From NCBI GenBank assembly GCA_045806705.1, contig JBJMIS010000026.1, positions 1,592-65,591 on the forward strand: a DNA stretch of 64,000 nucleotides, given 5' to 3'. Positions 1 to 9,710 of the stretch are shown piece by piece. Numbering within the stretch: position 1 is the stretch's first letter; each line of letters starts with the position of its first letter. The notes under the pieces are model-generated. The model saw nothing but the letters and a program-made list of their open reading frames with translations. It was not told the DNA's origin and did no database searches. Position numbers and translations under genes: made by a program. Source of the DNA: Friedmanniella sp. Lineage in GTDB: Bacteria; Actinomycetota; Actinomycetes; Propionibacteriales; Propionibacteriaceae.

Positions 1-851
1 AGGTGGGTCAGGAACGACATGTCCTTCGAGCCGAAGTCCTGCCGGTCCAGGTTCTTGGGGTTTTCGTCCAGGTGGTTCTCGAACCGGACCAGCACGGGTT
101 TGCCGTACTCGGCGTTGATCATCGGGCCGGGGAAGGTCCCGTTGAACCCGTAGATCGTGCTCGCCGGCAGGCTCCGCTTGGTGCCCGCCGGATAGGTCTT
201 CCCGCTGGCGTCGAACGAGGCCGCGGGACGGCCGTTCCTGTCGATGGGCAGCACCGGCGAACTCGTGAGGGAGTGAGTGTTCACCTTGAGGTCGATCTTG
301 TAGACGATCGGCTCCGAGATCGTGGACTTGACCTCAGGATCGGTGACCCACCTCTGGTGCGTCTCGTTGCGCAGGGAGTTCTGTTGGCCCTTGCCAGGGC
401 CTGGCGGCTGCGACCAGTTCTTCCACACTGTCTCGGGCACCGGGCTCAGCGCCTGCGGGATCGGCAGCTTGTCGGTGAACGGCTCCAGGATCAGGGGACT
501 GGTCGGGAAGGCCTCGATGTAGACCAGGTCGCTGATCGCGGTGCCGGCCGCGGCCAACACCCCGTCCGCCGACATCTGGCCCCGTGAGGCCAGGTAGGGC
601 TCGGCGAGCGACCGCGCGCTGACCAGCGCCGCTCCCGCCACGCCCAGCGCGCCCAGCCGCAACACGGTGCGGCGCGACATGCCGGTGCTCGCCTGCGCCT
701 CTTGTTCGATCTCGCGAAACTCCGGGTCGGAGGGGAGCAGCAGCCGCGGCCGCTGCTCAGCCTCCTCACCGGCAGTGGTCCCGGGGACCTGGGTCCCCGG
801 AGTGGTGAGTCCGGCGACAGTGACGTCGTCCGGGCCGTCCTCGACATTCAT
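1..851 (-). CDS. Tat-exported multicopper oxidase family protein (3' part outside window)
   Basis: Manual translation from ATG at 851 (AGGAG upstream) is open to the window edge; contains SRRTVLRLG Tat motif and IYGFNGTFPGPMINAEYGKPVLVRFENHL...FLTH, typical of the first cupredoxin domain. Missing from the ORF track because it runs off the edge. Confidence 0.85.
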   Translation of the reverse strand, partial: MNVEDGPDDVTVAGLTTPGTQVPGTTAGEEAEQRPRLLLPSDPEFREIEQEAQASTGMSRRTVLRLGALGVAGAALVSARSLAEPYLASRGQMSADGVLAAAGTAISDLVYIEAFPTSPLILEPFTDKLPIPQALSPVPETVWKNWSQPPGPGKGQQNSLRNETHQRWVTDPEVKSTISEPIVYKIDLKVNTHSLTSSPVLPIDRNGRPAASFDASGKTYPAGTKRSLPASTIYGFNGTFPGPMINAEYGKPVLVRFENHLDENPKNLDRQDFGSKDMSFLTH

Positions 852-1311
852 GCTGACTCCTAACCTGTGTGGTGCGGACGTGTGCCGTGACACAGGGGCA
901 GGCATCGATCTCTGCAGGCGGCGACATCGACACGGACGGCTCGTGTCGAGGGTCTCCCCGTAGGTGGGCGCCGTGCAGTGCGCATTCGGCGCTGTCAGAG
1001 GCAGTGGCCTCGTTCGTGCAGAGATCGGTTCATGTGCTCCCCCAAGCCATCCTCAGCACATGGATGCTGAGGCATAGGTCCATATCAGCACTGGTCAGGG
1101 GGGATTAGGACCCCCTCCCTGAGGCGGGGAGCATTCCCTTGACTGAGGGGGACAAATCGCGGCGCGATTAGCACCGCGGCTTATGCGAAGGGCCGCCTTG
1201 GGCCCATCCGGGATAATTCGACCGGCGAAGGAACAGTCGGCGGCTGTTGTGGATAGCCCTGTACGTCCCGGCCGCCTGACTGCTGCCACGGCAGCCATTG
1301 CCGGCGCGGCG

Positions 1312-2484
1312 TCAGTGGCTGTAGGGCCGAGCACGCTCCACGTCAGGGTTCAGCCGGACGCCGAAGCCTGGCGTCTCCGGCACCCGGAGCCGACCGTTGA
1401 CCGGAACCGGCTCATCCAGCAGCAGCGGGGAGAACATCGGCACGATCTCTTCGGCCGTCTCATGCATCATCAGAAACTCGGCGAACGGGCTGTTCGTCCG
1501 GGTGACCACGAAGTGGTAGGAGTACACCGACGATCCGTGCGGCACCACCAGGGCGCCATGAGCGTCGGCCAGTGCCGAGATCTTGATCAGCTCCGTGATG
1601 CCGCCACACCAGTTCACATCGGGTTGGATGATGTCGATACCGCATTCCAGGAGCTGTCGGAAACCCCAGCGGGTGGCCTCGTGCTCACCGGTCGTGACCA
1701 GCAGACCGGGCGGGACCTGCCGCTTGAGCTGCGCGTAGCCCCAGTAGTCGTCCGGGATCAGCGCCTCCTCGATCCACTTGAGTCCGTACGGGGCTGCCCG
1801 GTGTGCCAGGCGGGTGGCGTAGTCCACGTCCAGGGACATCCAGCAGTCCCACATCAGCCAGAAGTCCTCGCCAACCCGCTCGCGCATCTCGGCGAGCTGG
1901 TCCAGGTTGGTCCGCAGCCCGGCCTCGCCCTCGGCGGGGCCGTGATGAAGCGGCAGCTTGCCGCCGATAAAGCCGAGCTGCTGCGCGATGTCGGGGCGGG
2001 CGCCGGTCGCGTAGAACTGCAGCTCCTCCCGCACCGGACCACCGAGCAACGCATAGACCGGCTCCTGGCGCAGCTTGCCCAGCAGGTCGTAGAGGGCGAG
2101 GTCGACGCCGCTGATCGTGTTCAGCACCACCCCCCGGCGGCCGTAGTACAGCGTGGAGCGGTACATCTGGTCCCAGATCCGCTCCACGTCGGTGACCGCT
2201 GCACCCTCGAGGAAGCGCGCGAGGTGCCGCTCGACGATGAAGGCGCCGATCTCCCCGGCGGTGGTGACGGCGAACCCGACGGTTCCGTCGTCGGCCTCGA
2301 CCTCGATCACCAGGGTGCCGAGGACATTGATGCCGAAGCTCTGCCGCGACTGCCGATACTCCGGGTAGACCGACATCGGCGTGGCGATGTGGTCGTCGAT
2401 CCAGTGCCCACGGCCCTGGTCGTGGTAGTCCGCCCCCTGTCCGCGAACCGTGTACGCCCGGACCTCGGCGATCGTGCGCTGCAT
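1312..2484 (-). CDS. rhmD: L-rhamnonate dehydratase (enolase superfamily)
   Basis: [38 protein letters not shown]-terminus; DCWMSLD, WIEEAL, GEHE, QPD, PHGSS motifs; GGAGG RBS. Confidence 0.92.
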   Translation of the reverse strand: MQRTIAEVRAYTVRGQGADYHDQGRGHWIDDHIATPMSVYPEYRQSRQSFGINVLGTLVIEVEADDGTVGFAVTTAGEIGAFIVERHLARFLEGAAVTDVERIWDQMYRSTLYYGRRGVVLNTISGVDLALYDLLGKLRQEPVYALLGGPVREELQFYATGARPDIAQQLGFIGGKLPLHHGPAEGEAGLRTNLDQLAEMRERVGEDFWLMWDCWMSLDVDYATRLAHRAAPYGLKWIEEALIPDDYWGYAQLKRQVPPGLLVTTGEHEATRWGFRQLLECGIDIIQPDVNWCGGITELIKISALADAHGALVVPHGSSVYSYHFVVTRTNSPFAEFLMMHETAEEIVPMFSPLLLDEPVPVNGRLRVPETPGFGVRLNPDVERARPYSH

Positions 2485-2527
2485 GCTTCCTCCTCCTGAG
2501 ATGGGCGGCCCCGACGGCCGCTGGTGC

Positions 2528-3559
2528 TCAACGGTCGAGGCGGACCAGGACCTTGCCCGGGGTCCCGTCGTGCTGGGCGAGCGCCGCGAACGCCTCCGGC
2601 CCTTCTGCCAGCGGCACGGACCGGCTGATCAGGGCGGCCGCCTGCGGCGGGGAGGTGCCCACCCAGGCGGCGGCGTCGCCGAAGTCGGCGGAGGAGTAGG
2701 TGAAGCTGCCGACCAGGGTGTGCTCGTCCACGCTGATCCGGTAGGCGTCGAGCGTCAGCTGCGGCGCCCCCATGCCCACCAGGCAGACGGTGCCGCCCAG
2801 CCGGGTGGCCAGCAGGCAGTCCTGCAGCGTCCGGTCGATGCCCACCGCATCGATGCTCACGTCCGCCGGGCGCTGGAACACCGTACGGACCTGCTCGGGT
2901 ACTGGTTGCCCGGCGGGGTCGAGCGACCGTGCGCCGAGCCGTTCCACGAGCGTCCGGCGTCCGGCGTCCACGTCGCTGACCAGGATCTGCTCCACTCCCG
3001 CCATCAGCAGGGCCAGGACAACAGACTGGCCGATCGGTCCCGCGCCGGCCACGAAGACCGCGTCCCCCGGCTGGACGCCGGCGCGGCGGACGGCGTGCAC
3101 GGCCACGGCGAGCGGCTCGACCAGGGCTCCGTACTCCACCGGCATCTCCGCCGGCAGAGCCACGACGTTGCGCAGCGGGACCGCCACGAGCTGGGCGAAG
3201 GAGGCCACGACGTGTGGGGCGACCCCGATGACGTACTTGTCCGGGCACATCTGCTCCCGGCCCGCGTACTCCTCGACCGCGCTCTCGGGGACCACGACCG
3301 GGTTGAAGGTCACGGTGTCCCCGACCGCCAGCCCTGCCCGCTCCGTCCCGGCACCCAGTGCCGCCACCGTGCCGACGCTCTCGTGACCCATCACCTGGCC
3401 GGGAACCCGACGGCCGTTCTCGCCGGTGTAGCCGTGCAGGTCCGAGCCGCAGATGCCGGTTGCCACGACCGAGACCAGCACCTCGCCAGGCCCCGCCTCC
3501 GGGTCGGGCCGCTCCTCGACCGCCATTCGACCGAACTCCTGCAGGACGAGTGCCTTCAT
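2528..3559 (-). CDS. Zinc-dependent (MDR) sugar/polyol dehydrogenase
   Basis: MKALVL start after GGAGGAG; [25 protein letters not shown] motifs. Confidence 0.88.
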   Translation of the reverse strand: MKALVLQEFGRMAVEERPDPEAGPGEVLVSVVATGICGSDLHGYTGENGRRVPGQVMGHESVGTVAALGAGTERAGLAVGDTVTFNPVVVPESAVEEYAGREQMCPDKYVIGVAPHVVASFAQLVAVPLRNVVALPAEMPVEYGALVEPLAVAVHAVRRAGVQPGDAVFVAGAGPIGQSVVLALLMAGVEQILVSDVDAGRRTLVERLGARSLDPAGQPVPEQVRTVFQRPADVSIDAVGIDRTLQDCLLATRLGGTVCLVGMGAPQLTLDAYRISVDEHTLVGSFTYSSADFGDAAAWVGTSPPQAAALISRSVPLAEGPEAFAALAQHDGTPGKVLVRLDR

Positions 3560-3890
3560 CTGCCGATCTCCTCCACGGTCGAGCGGACGGGACGCGCCGA
3601 GGCGGATCGCGGCCTCGGCGATGAGCGGGACGGTGCGCGTCCTGGTAGCGATCATGGCGGATCGGCTCAGAGGCGTCACGGCCAGACCCGACATGCCATG
3701 CTGGCGGGCTGGCCTCTGGTGCCTCCTGGTTCGCTGGGCACCGGGCGGTCCCATCCGTGGTTATCCTGTCAGCCGATACCTCGCCGTCAGGGGCTCGTTT
3801 TTCCACCTGGGCGTGAGGTCGTATCCGGGGCGACGCCCAGGGTGGGAGTGCAGAGCACCCTGTCCGCCGCAGCATGAGGAGTTCACCAGC

Positions 3891-5261
3891 ATGAGCCGTG
3901 GGAGCCAGCGTGCCCGCGTCCTCCGCTTCGGCACCCGCCGCGATCTCGCCGTCTTCGTCGGAGGCGGGGTGCTGATGACGCTGGTGGTGGGCCTCGGTGC
4001 CGGCTGGGTGTGTCACTCGGTAGCCCATGAGCAGGCGCTGGAGGACTCGGCTCGGGTGACCCAGCGCATGTCGGAGCAGGTCGTCGCGCCCCTGCTTCCT
4101 GGGTACCTCGCCAAGAACCCGGACGACACGGCGGAACTGAAGCGGGTGATCGCCAGCCGGATGCGGGAGCGCAACCTCACGGAGGTGACCATCTGGGGCG
4201 CCGACGGGGAGGTTCTGTACAGCGACAAGCCGGGGGACATCGGCAAGAAGCTTCCCCTGTCCGAGGACCTGCTCGCCGCTCTCGCCGGAACCACCACCTC
4301 AGCCTGGGAGGACGACGAGCCCGAGGCAGATGCCACCTCAGTTGGCGACGCCTTGGCCTCGACCGCCCACGACACCGGCGACCGGCGCTATGTCGAGGTC
4401 TACGCGCCGTTGCGGGTGGCTGGTCAGCCGCCCCTGGCGTTCGAGGCCTACTTCGACTACCGGCAGGTCGACGACCTGGCGGGCAAGCTGCTCCGGCAGA
4501 TCCTGCCGCTGGTGCTGATCCCGCTCGTGCTCCTCCAGCTGCTCCAGATCCCCGTGGGCCTCTCGCTGGGGCGACGGCTCCGACGTTCGGAGGATGAGCG
4601 GCTGCGGCTGGTGCAGCGTGCCTTGGCAGACGCCGAGCAGCAGCGGGTGCGGTTCGCGGCCGACCTGCACGACGGACCGATCCATGAGCTCGCGGGCACC
4701 AGCTATGCCTTGGGGGCGGTGGCGTCAACCGTGCCCGGTCCTCCCAACCCGTTGGTCGGGCGTCTCCAGGACGCTCTGTTGCGGTCGATCCAGAGCCTGC
4801 GGGGGCTGATGACCGACCTGGACCCCCCGGACCTGCGGAGCGGGCGTCTGGACCGGACCGTCGCCACGCTGGCGGAACAGCTCAGGGACGAGGGCGTCGA
4901 TGTCGAGCTCGAGCTGGCGGAGCTGCCGGAGCTGAGTGGCGAGGTGATGGCCGTCGTCTACCAGGTGGTGCGCGAGGCCCTGGCCCAGGCGCAGGACACA
5001 GCCGCCGGACGGGTCCTGATCAGGCTTGCCCCGGTTGCCGGTCTTGGGTCCGGTGCAGATGCCGTGGTCCGGCTGGTCATCACTGACGACGGGGTCGGCT
5101 TGGACGCCAGCCGGGTCGATCGGCGTTCGGAGCGCTACCAGCGCGGGCGGCTCCTGCACGACCGCGCTGCCAGCATGGGTGGCAAGCTACTGGTGACCTC
5201 CGCCGCCGGTGACGGGACCACCGTGCAGCTGGAGCTGCCGGCCCGCGCCACCGGCAACTGA
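3891..5261 (+). CDS. Membrane sensor histidine kinase, HisKA_3 (NarX/UhpB-like) type, degenerate ATP-binding domain
   Basis: GAGGAG then ATG 3891; two TM segments; ADLHDGP H-box; DDGVG G1 box; GTTV terminal motif. Confidence 0.8.
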   Translation: MSRGSQRARVLRFGTRRDLAVFVGGGVLMTLVVGLGAGWVCHSVAHEQALEDSARVTQRMSEQVVAPLLPGYLAKNPDDTAELKRVIASRMRERNLTEVTIWGADGEVLYSDKPGDIGKKLPLSEDLLAALAGTTTSAWEDDEPEADATSVGDALASTAHDTGDRRYVEVYAPLRVAGQPPLAFEAYFDYRQVDDLAGKLLRQILPLVLIPLVLLQLLQIPVGLSLGRRLRRSEDERLRLVQRALADAEQQRVRFAADLHDGPIHELAGTSYALGAVASTVPGPPNPLVGRLQDALLRSIQSLRGLMTDLDPPDLRSGRLDRTVATLAEQLRDEGVDVELELAELPELSGEVMAVVYQVVREALAQAQDTAAGRVLIRLAPVAGLGSGADAVVRLVITDDGVGLDASRVDRRSERYQRGRLLHDRAASMGGKLLVTSAAGDGTTVQLELPARATGN

Positions 5262-5286
5262 GAGAGGCTCCCTCGGTCGGATCGGA

Positions 5287-5952
5287 TCAGTCGCGGGGTC
5301 GAAGAATTCGCGAGACCTCCGCCGCCAGTGCCACACCCAGATCCAGGTTGTTCTGCTCGTCGAAGTGCACGCCATCCACCCCGCGAGTGGCGATGACCGA
5401 GCCTGCGTCGAAGAAGGCGACATCGTGGAAGGAGGCGAGGCTGCGGTACAACCCGGCCAGCTGTGTGGACTTCTCGTGCCCTCCGCCGTAGACCAGGTCG
5501 AACCACGGGTCCGGGATGGGAGCCAGCGGCGGTGGAGCCACCACGAGGACCTTGGGAGCGGGGTATGCCGTGCCAACGCCGCCGGCCGAGGCAAGGACCT
5601 GCCCCACGAGGATGGACATCCCCATGGCGATGTCGAAGGGAGTCCGGCCGAACGAGGCCTTGGTGTCATTGGTGCCGAGCATGAGAAGAACCAGGTCCAG
5701 CGGAAGATGGCTCGCCAGGGCCGCCGGCAGGTACGCCGAACCGTTGAGGCGCGGGTCCGTGGGGTCATCAGCGGTCGTCGTCCGGCCGGACAGCCCCTCC
5801 TCGATCACGAGGTAGTCCTCGCCGAGGCGGTCCGCCAGGACGCCGGTCCATCTGACCTCGGGCGGAAAGCGCTCGCTCGGAACCGGCGGGTTGCGGGGCA
5901 CCCAGCCCCAGGTCAGGGAGTCGCCGAAGCAGAGCAGGGAGTTCTGGGGCAT
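5287..5952 (-). CDS. SGNH/GDSL arylesterase-acyltransferase (MsAcT-like)
   Basis: LCFGDSLTWGWVP, EEGLSGRTT, DDPTDPRLNG, MLGTND, DGVH blocks. Confidence 0.9.
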   Translation of the reverse strand: MPQNSLLCFGDSLTWGWVPRNPPVPSERFPPEVRWTGVLADRLGEDYLVIEEGLSGRTTTADDPTDPRLNGSAYLPAALASHLPLDLVLLMLGTNDTKASFGRTPFDIAMGMSILVGQVLASAGGVGTAYPAPKVLVVAPPPLAPIPDPWFDLVYGGGHEKSTQLAGLYRSLASFHDVAFFDAGSVIATRGVDGVHFDEQNNLDLGVALAAEVSRILRPRD

Positions 5953-6117
5953 CGGTCATCGCTCTCGTCGGGTCGGGCGGAGGGTCGCGTGAGCAACGGC
6001 AACACTAGCGAAGGCGGCCGGCGGCGCCGAGGGAGGAGACGGAGCTCGAATGCAGAAGCGCGGCCGTCCGGCTCACCTCGGCATCGGTCTCCCTGACGCA
6101 GAATCGGGGCGTCTGAG

Positions 6118-6579
6118 GTGGTCGAGGGCACAGAATCCGCGCTTCCGGAGCTGGTCGTGATGGTGGGTCTGCAGGCGTCCGGCAAGTCGACCTACGTCGC
6201 CCGGGTGCTCGCGAAGGACCACGAGGTGGTCAGCAAGGACCACTGGCCCCACGCCCGGCGGCGGGAGCAGCGGCAGCTGCGTGTCGCCGAGCAGCATCTG
6301 CAGGACGGCCGCTCCGTCGTGGTCGACAACACGAACGCGAGCGTCGAGCGTCGGGCGGGCCTGGTCGCCCTCGCGCACCGGCTGGGGGTGCCGGTGCGCG
6401 CTGTCTTCGTCAGCACGCCGTTCGCGGTCTGTGAGCAACGCAACGCCGGTCGGACCGGCCGCGCTCGAGTACCTGACATCGGGTTGAGAGCCACCGCGAA
6501 GATCCTGGTGCCGCCCACGATCGCGGAGGGCTTCGACCGGGTCGAGATCGTGCCCGGCAGCACCGACCCCGCGGCCTGA
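6118..6579 (+). CDS. P-loop kinase (AAA_33 / polynucleotide-kinase-like)
   Basis: GLQASGKST Walker A, VVDNTN, CEQRNAGR, P...EGFD. Confidence 0.8.
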   Translation: MVEGTESALPELVVMVGLQASGKSTYVARVLAKDHEVVSKDHWPHARRREQRQLRVAEQHLQDGRSVVVDNTNASVERRAGLVALAHRLGVPVRAVFVSTPFAVCEQRNAGRTGRARVPDIGLRATAKILVPPTIAEGFDRVEIVPGSTDPAA

Positions 6580-6618
6580 CACGGCCGCGGTGTCGGCGGC
6601 CGCGCAGGTAGCGCTCTC

Positions 6619-7005
6619 TCAGCCGCGCTTCGGTCGCTCGTCGAGGCACATGACATTGCCTTCGCTGTCGGTGAACCAGGCCGCCCGGCCGCTGGGAAGT
6701 ACGGCCATGTCTCCCTCCCAGTCGACGCCGGGCATGTCGTAGTGCTGGAAGGCGACGCCGCGGTCGCGCAGCTCGGCGACGGCACCGGCAAGGTCGTCGA
6801 CATCCCATTGCGCGATGGTGTGCTTGCCCGTCCCGGCGTAGCTCGTCTCGTACACCTGGAACCAGGAACCGCTGGGGGTCGGGAAGGTGATGGTGTAGGC
6901 GTCCTCGGCGGACGGGGTCAGGCCGAGGGTCTGGGTGTAGAAAGCTCGGGCTCGCTGAAGGTCACTGGCCGGGACGTTCGCGTGGACCTCACTCGGTGTG
7001 AACAT
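6619..7005 (-). CDS. VOC/glyoxalase family protein
   Basis: DLQRARAFYTQTLGL, VDDLAGAVAELRDRGV, AAWFTDSEGN; GGGGAG RBS. Confidence 0.88.
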   Translation of the reverse strand: MFTPSEVHANVPASDLQRARAFYTQTLGLTPSAEDAYTITFPTPSGSWFQVYETSYAGTGKHTIAQWDVDDLAGAVAELRDRGVAFQHYDMPGVDWEGDMAVLPSGRAAWFTDSEGNVMCLDERPKRG

Positions 7006-7147
7006 GGTGCGTCTCCCCTTTGAGAACGTGGACTGATTCGGACGCTACGCCGGCCCCCCACCCGGCGCCAGGGTCCAGCGCCGGCGGCGTCCCCGCCCTG
7101 CACCGGTCCATCCGACACCCGGTCGGTGTCCAGGGGACCGGCCGCCG

Positions 7148-8107
7148 ATGGGGTTGGCTGGAGCCGTGCAGAGCGTGCTGACCGGCTTCGCGACGATCGC
7201 GATCGTCATCGCGCTCGGTGCACTGCTCGCCCACACCCGCGTTCTCGGCATCGAGAGCCAGGGAATGCTGGCACGGCTGACGTTCTACCTGGCCAGCCCG
7301 GCGCTGATGGTCACGGTGCTGGGGAACACCGACGTCGCCCAGCTGTTCTCCGCCAACCTGCTGGCCTCCCTGGGCAGCGTCGTGGTGACGGCCAGCGCGG
7401 CCATCGTGCTGGTCCGGCTGGTCTGGCGGCGTAGCGGCAGCGACAGCGTGATCGCCACCTTCTGCGCCTGCTACGTCAACGCCGGCAACCTGGGGCTGCC
7501 GATCGCGGCTTATGTGCTGGGCAACGTCTCGCTGATCGCGCCGATGCTGCTGGCTCAGCTCGTGGTGCTGCAGCCGCTCGGGCTGGCGGTACTCGACTCG
7601 ACGACGAACCCCGCCGACCCTGGACAGACCCGGGCCGGACGGCTGCGGCGCCGACTGGGCCAGCCGTTCAGGAACCCCCTGATGATCGGTTCGCTCGTCG
7701 GGCTGCTGCTCTCGGTCACCCACTTTCGGCTGCCGCGTCTCGTCGAGGACTCCCTGACCCTCGTGGGTGGGATGGCCGTCCCGGGCATGCTGATCGCCTA
7801 TGGCGTCTCGCTGCGGCTCGGACCGCGGCCCGGTGCGGGGGAGCCCGCTGTGCAGGTGGGCACCCTGGTCGCGCTCAAGCTGGTGCTGCAACCGGCCGTC
7901 GCCTATCTGCTCGGTCGGTTCGTCGTGGGCCTGGAGGGGCTGGACCTGCTCGCGGTCACGGTGGTCGCCGCACTGCCCACCGCGCAGAACGTCTTCACCC
8001 ACGCCCTTCGCTATCGGCGCGCGGAGATCCTGGCCCGGGACGCGATCTTCCTCTCCACCGTCTTGTCGGTGCCCGTCCTCGTGGGAATCGCCGGTCTTCT
8101 GGGTTGA
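7148..8107 (+). CDS. AEC (auxin efflux carrier) family transporter
   Basis: About 10 TM helices; NAGNLGLP and LPTAQNVF motifs; alternative GTG start at 7166. Confidence 0.88.
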   Translation: MGLAGAVQSVLTGFATIAIVIALGALLAHTRVLGIESQGMLARLTFYLASPALMVTVLGNTDVAQLFSANLLASLGSVVVTASAAIVLVRLVWRRSGSDSVIATFCACYVNAGNLGLPIAAYVLGNVSLIAPMLLAQLVVLQPLGLAVLDSTTNPADPGQTRAGRLRRRLGQPFRNPLMIGSLVGLLLSVTHFRLPRLVEDSLTLVGGMAVPGMLIAYGVSLRLGPRPGAGEPAVQVGTLVALKLVLQPAVAYLLGRFVVGLEGLDLLAVTVVAALPTAQNVFTHALRYRRAEILARDAIFLSTVLSVPVLVGIAGLLG

Positions 8108-8341
8108 CGGTCCAGCAGCGCCTTCGACCTGGCTCCTCAGAAGAACCTCTGTTCCGCAGCACACTGTCGACCTGCTCGACAAGAGCGGAAGGCTCAACCT
8201 CCCCGTCCGGCAGGGGGATTCGGGCCCAGACGACGGGATGTGAGGGGACCTAAGCCCCTGGGATCCCCGAAGTCGAGTGCCTACTGTGCTTCTCAGTTCA
8301 GCCGTCAGGAATCCGCGGGGCGATCAATCCGAAGGAAAGTC

Positions 8342-9076
8342 ATGCGTCGTCTCTTTGTGCTTCTTGCCGCGGGTTTGTCGATAACGGCCCCGCTTGCCGT
8401 CAGCGCCTCCCCGGCGCACGCCCTGGACTGCGTCGCTCCGACGGTGGTGCTCACCGAGGTCGGCCCGACGTCGCTCACCGTTTCCCCGTCTGAGGCCGAG
8501 GGCTTCGGGGTCTACGTCGACATCCGGAGCGACGGGTGCACCGTCAGCAGGGTCCACGCGCGCCTCACCTCGCCGGGCGGCAGTGCGAGCGAGTTCGATC
8601 TCGAGGACGCCGGTGGTGATGGCGACCTCTCCTATTTCGCGGGGGGCTTGGAGGTCGATCCTGCCGCCCTGCTGAACACGGACGCGGGTACCTGGTCGGC
8701 CCAGATCATCACCGAGTCCGACGGCAGCCCAGTCACCACGGTGGCATCGCTGAAAGTTCTCCGGGCCTCCACCCTCACCCTCGAAGCCCTTCCCGACCGC
8801 GTCACCAAGGGGAGGACCCTCACAGTCGGAGGTGCCCTCGCGCGGGCCAGCTGGCAGCCGGCGGCCTACGGCGGATACCCCCAGCAGGACGTGCAGCTGC
8901 AGTTCAGGCCGAAGGGCGGGACCTACAAGAAGGTCACCACCGTGGTCAGCCGCAGCCGCGGCGTGCTCAAGACCACCGTCGCGGCGGCCAAGGACGGGTG
9001 CTACCGCCTGGTTTTCGGAGGCAGCGCGACGACGGCAAAGGTGACCAGCCGGCAGGAGTGCGTCGACGTGCGCTGA
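8342..9076 (+). CDS. Secreted beta-rich hypothetical protein
   Basis: AAGGAAAG RBS; MRRLFVLLAAG...SPAHA Sec signal; Ig/prealbumin-like C-terminal region. Confidence 0.75.
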   Translation: MRRLFVLLAAGLSITAPLAVSASPAHALDCVAPTVVLTEVGPTSLTVSPSEAEGFGVYVDIRSDGCTVSRVHARLTSPGGSASEFDLEDAGGDGDLSYFAGGLEVDPAALLNTDAGTWSAQIITESDGSPVTTVASLKVLRASTLTLEALPDRVTKGRTLTVGGALARASWQPAAYGGYPQQDVQLQFRPKGGTYKKVTTVVSRSRGVLKTTVAAAKDGCYRLVFGGSATTAKVTSRQECVDVR

Positions 9077-9110
9077 CCGGCGCGGCGTTCCCGTGGCATC
9101 GTGTCCGCCC

Positions 9111-9710
9111 ATGACGACCGTCGTACTGTTCCACTCGGTTCTCGGGATCCGCCAAGGCGAGCGCGATGCGGCCGAGCGGCTGCGCGCCGATGGCCACGCT
9201 GTCCTGCTTCCCGACCTGTTTCAAGGCCGCGTCTTCGACACCTACGAGCCGGCCATGGCCTGGTCCGACTCGGTGGGCATCGAGCAGCTGTTCCAGCGGG
9301 GTCTGGCAGCGGTCACCGACCTACCGGACGGCTTCGTCGTCGGCGGTTTCTCCCAGGGATCCAGCATCGCCTGTTACGTCGCCACCCGGCGGAAGGTGTC
9401 CGGAGTCCTGCAGCTCTCCGGGCTCAACGTGCTCGAGTGGTTCGGTGCCGGGGCGGCGTGGCCGGACGGAGTGCCCTCCCAGTGCCACCAGACCGTGGGA
9501 GACCGTTTCCGGGAGAACGAGATCACGCAGCAGGCCAGCCAGGACGTGACGGGCGCGGGGGGAGAGCTGGAGCTCTTCGACTACCCGGGCAACGGGCACC
9601 TGTTCACCGACCCGACGCTGCCCGAGGAGTACGACCCCGAGGCGACTGAGCTGCTCTGGTCGCGCGTGCTCCCGTTCGTGCGCGCCTGTGGCGCGGTCGC
9701 TACCGGCTGA
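9111..9710 (+). CDS. Dienelactone hydrolase family alpha/beta hydrolase
   Basis: VVLFHSVLG, PDLF.GR, GFSQG nucleophile elbow, YPG.GHLFTD. Confidence 0.88.
   Translation: MTTVVLFHSVLGIRQGERDAAERLRADGHAVLLPDLFQGRVFDTYEPAMAWSDSVGIEQLFQRGLAAVTDLPDGFVVGGFSQGSSIACYVATRRKVSGVLQLSGLNVLEWFGAGAAWPDGVPSQCHQTVGDRFRENEITQQASQDVTGAGGELELFDYPGNGHLFTDPTLPEEYDPEATELLWSRVLPFVRACGAVATG

Noticed and set aside
1248-1256. Single DnaA-like box TGTGGATAG
   Set aside because: Isolated, one mismatch, expected by chance
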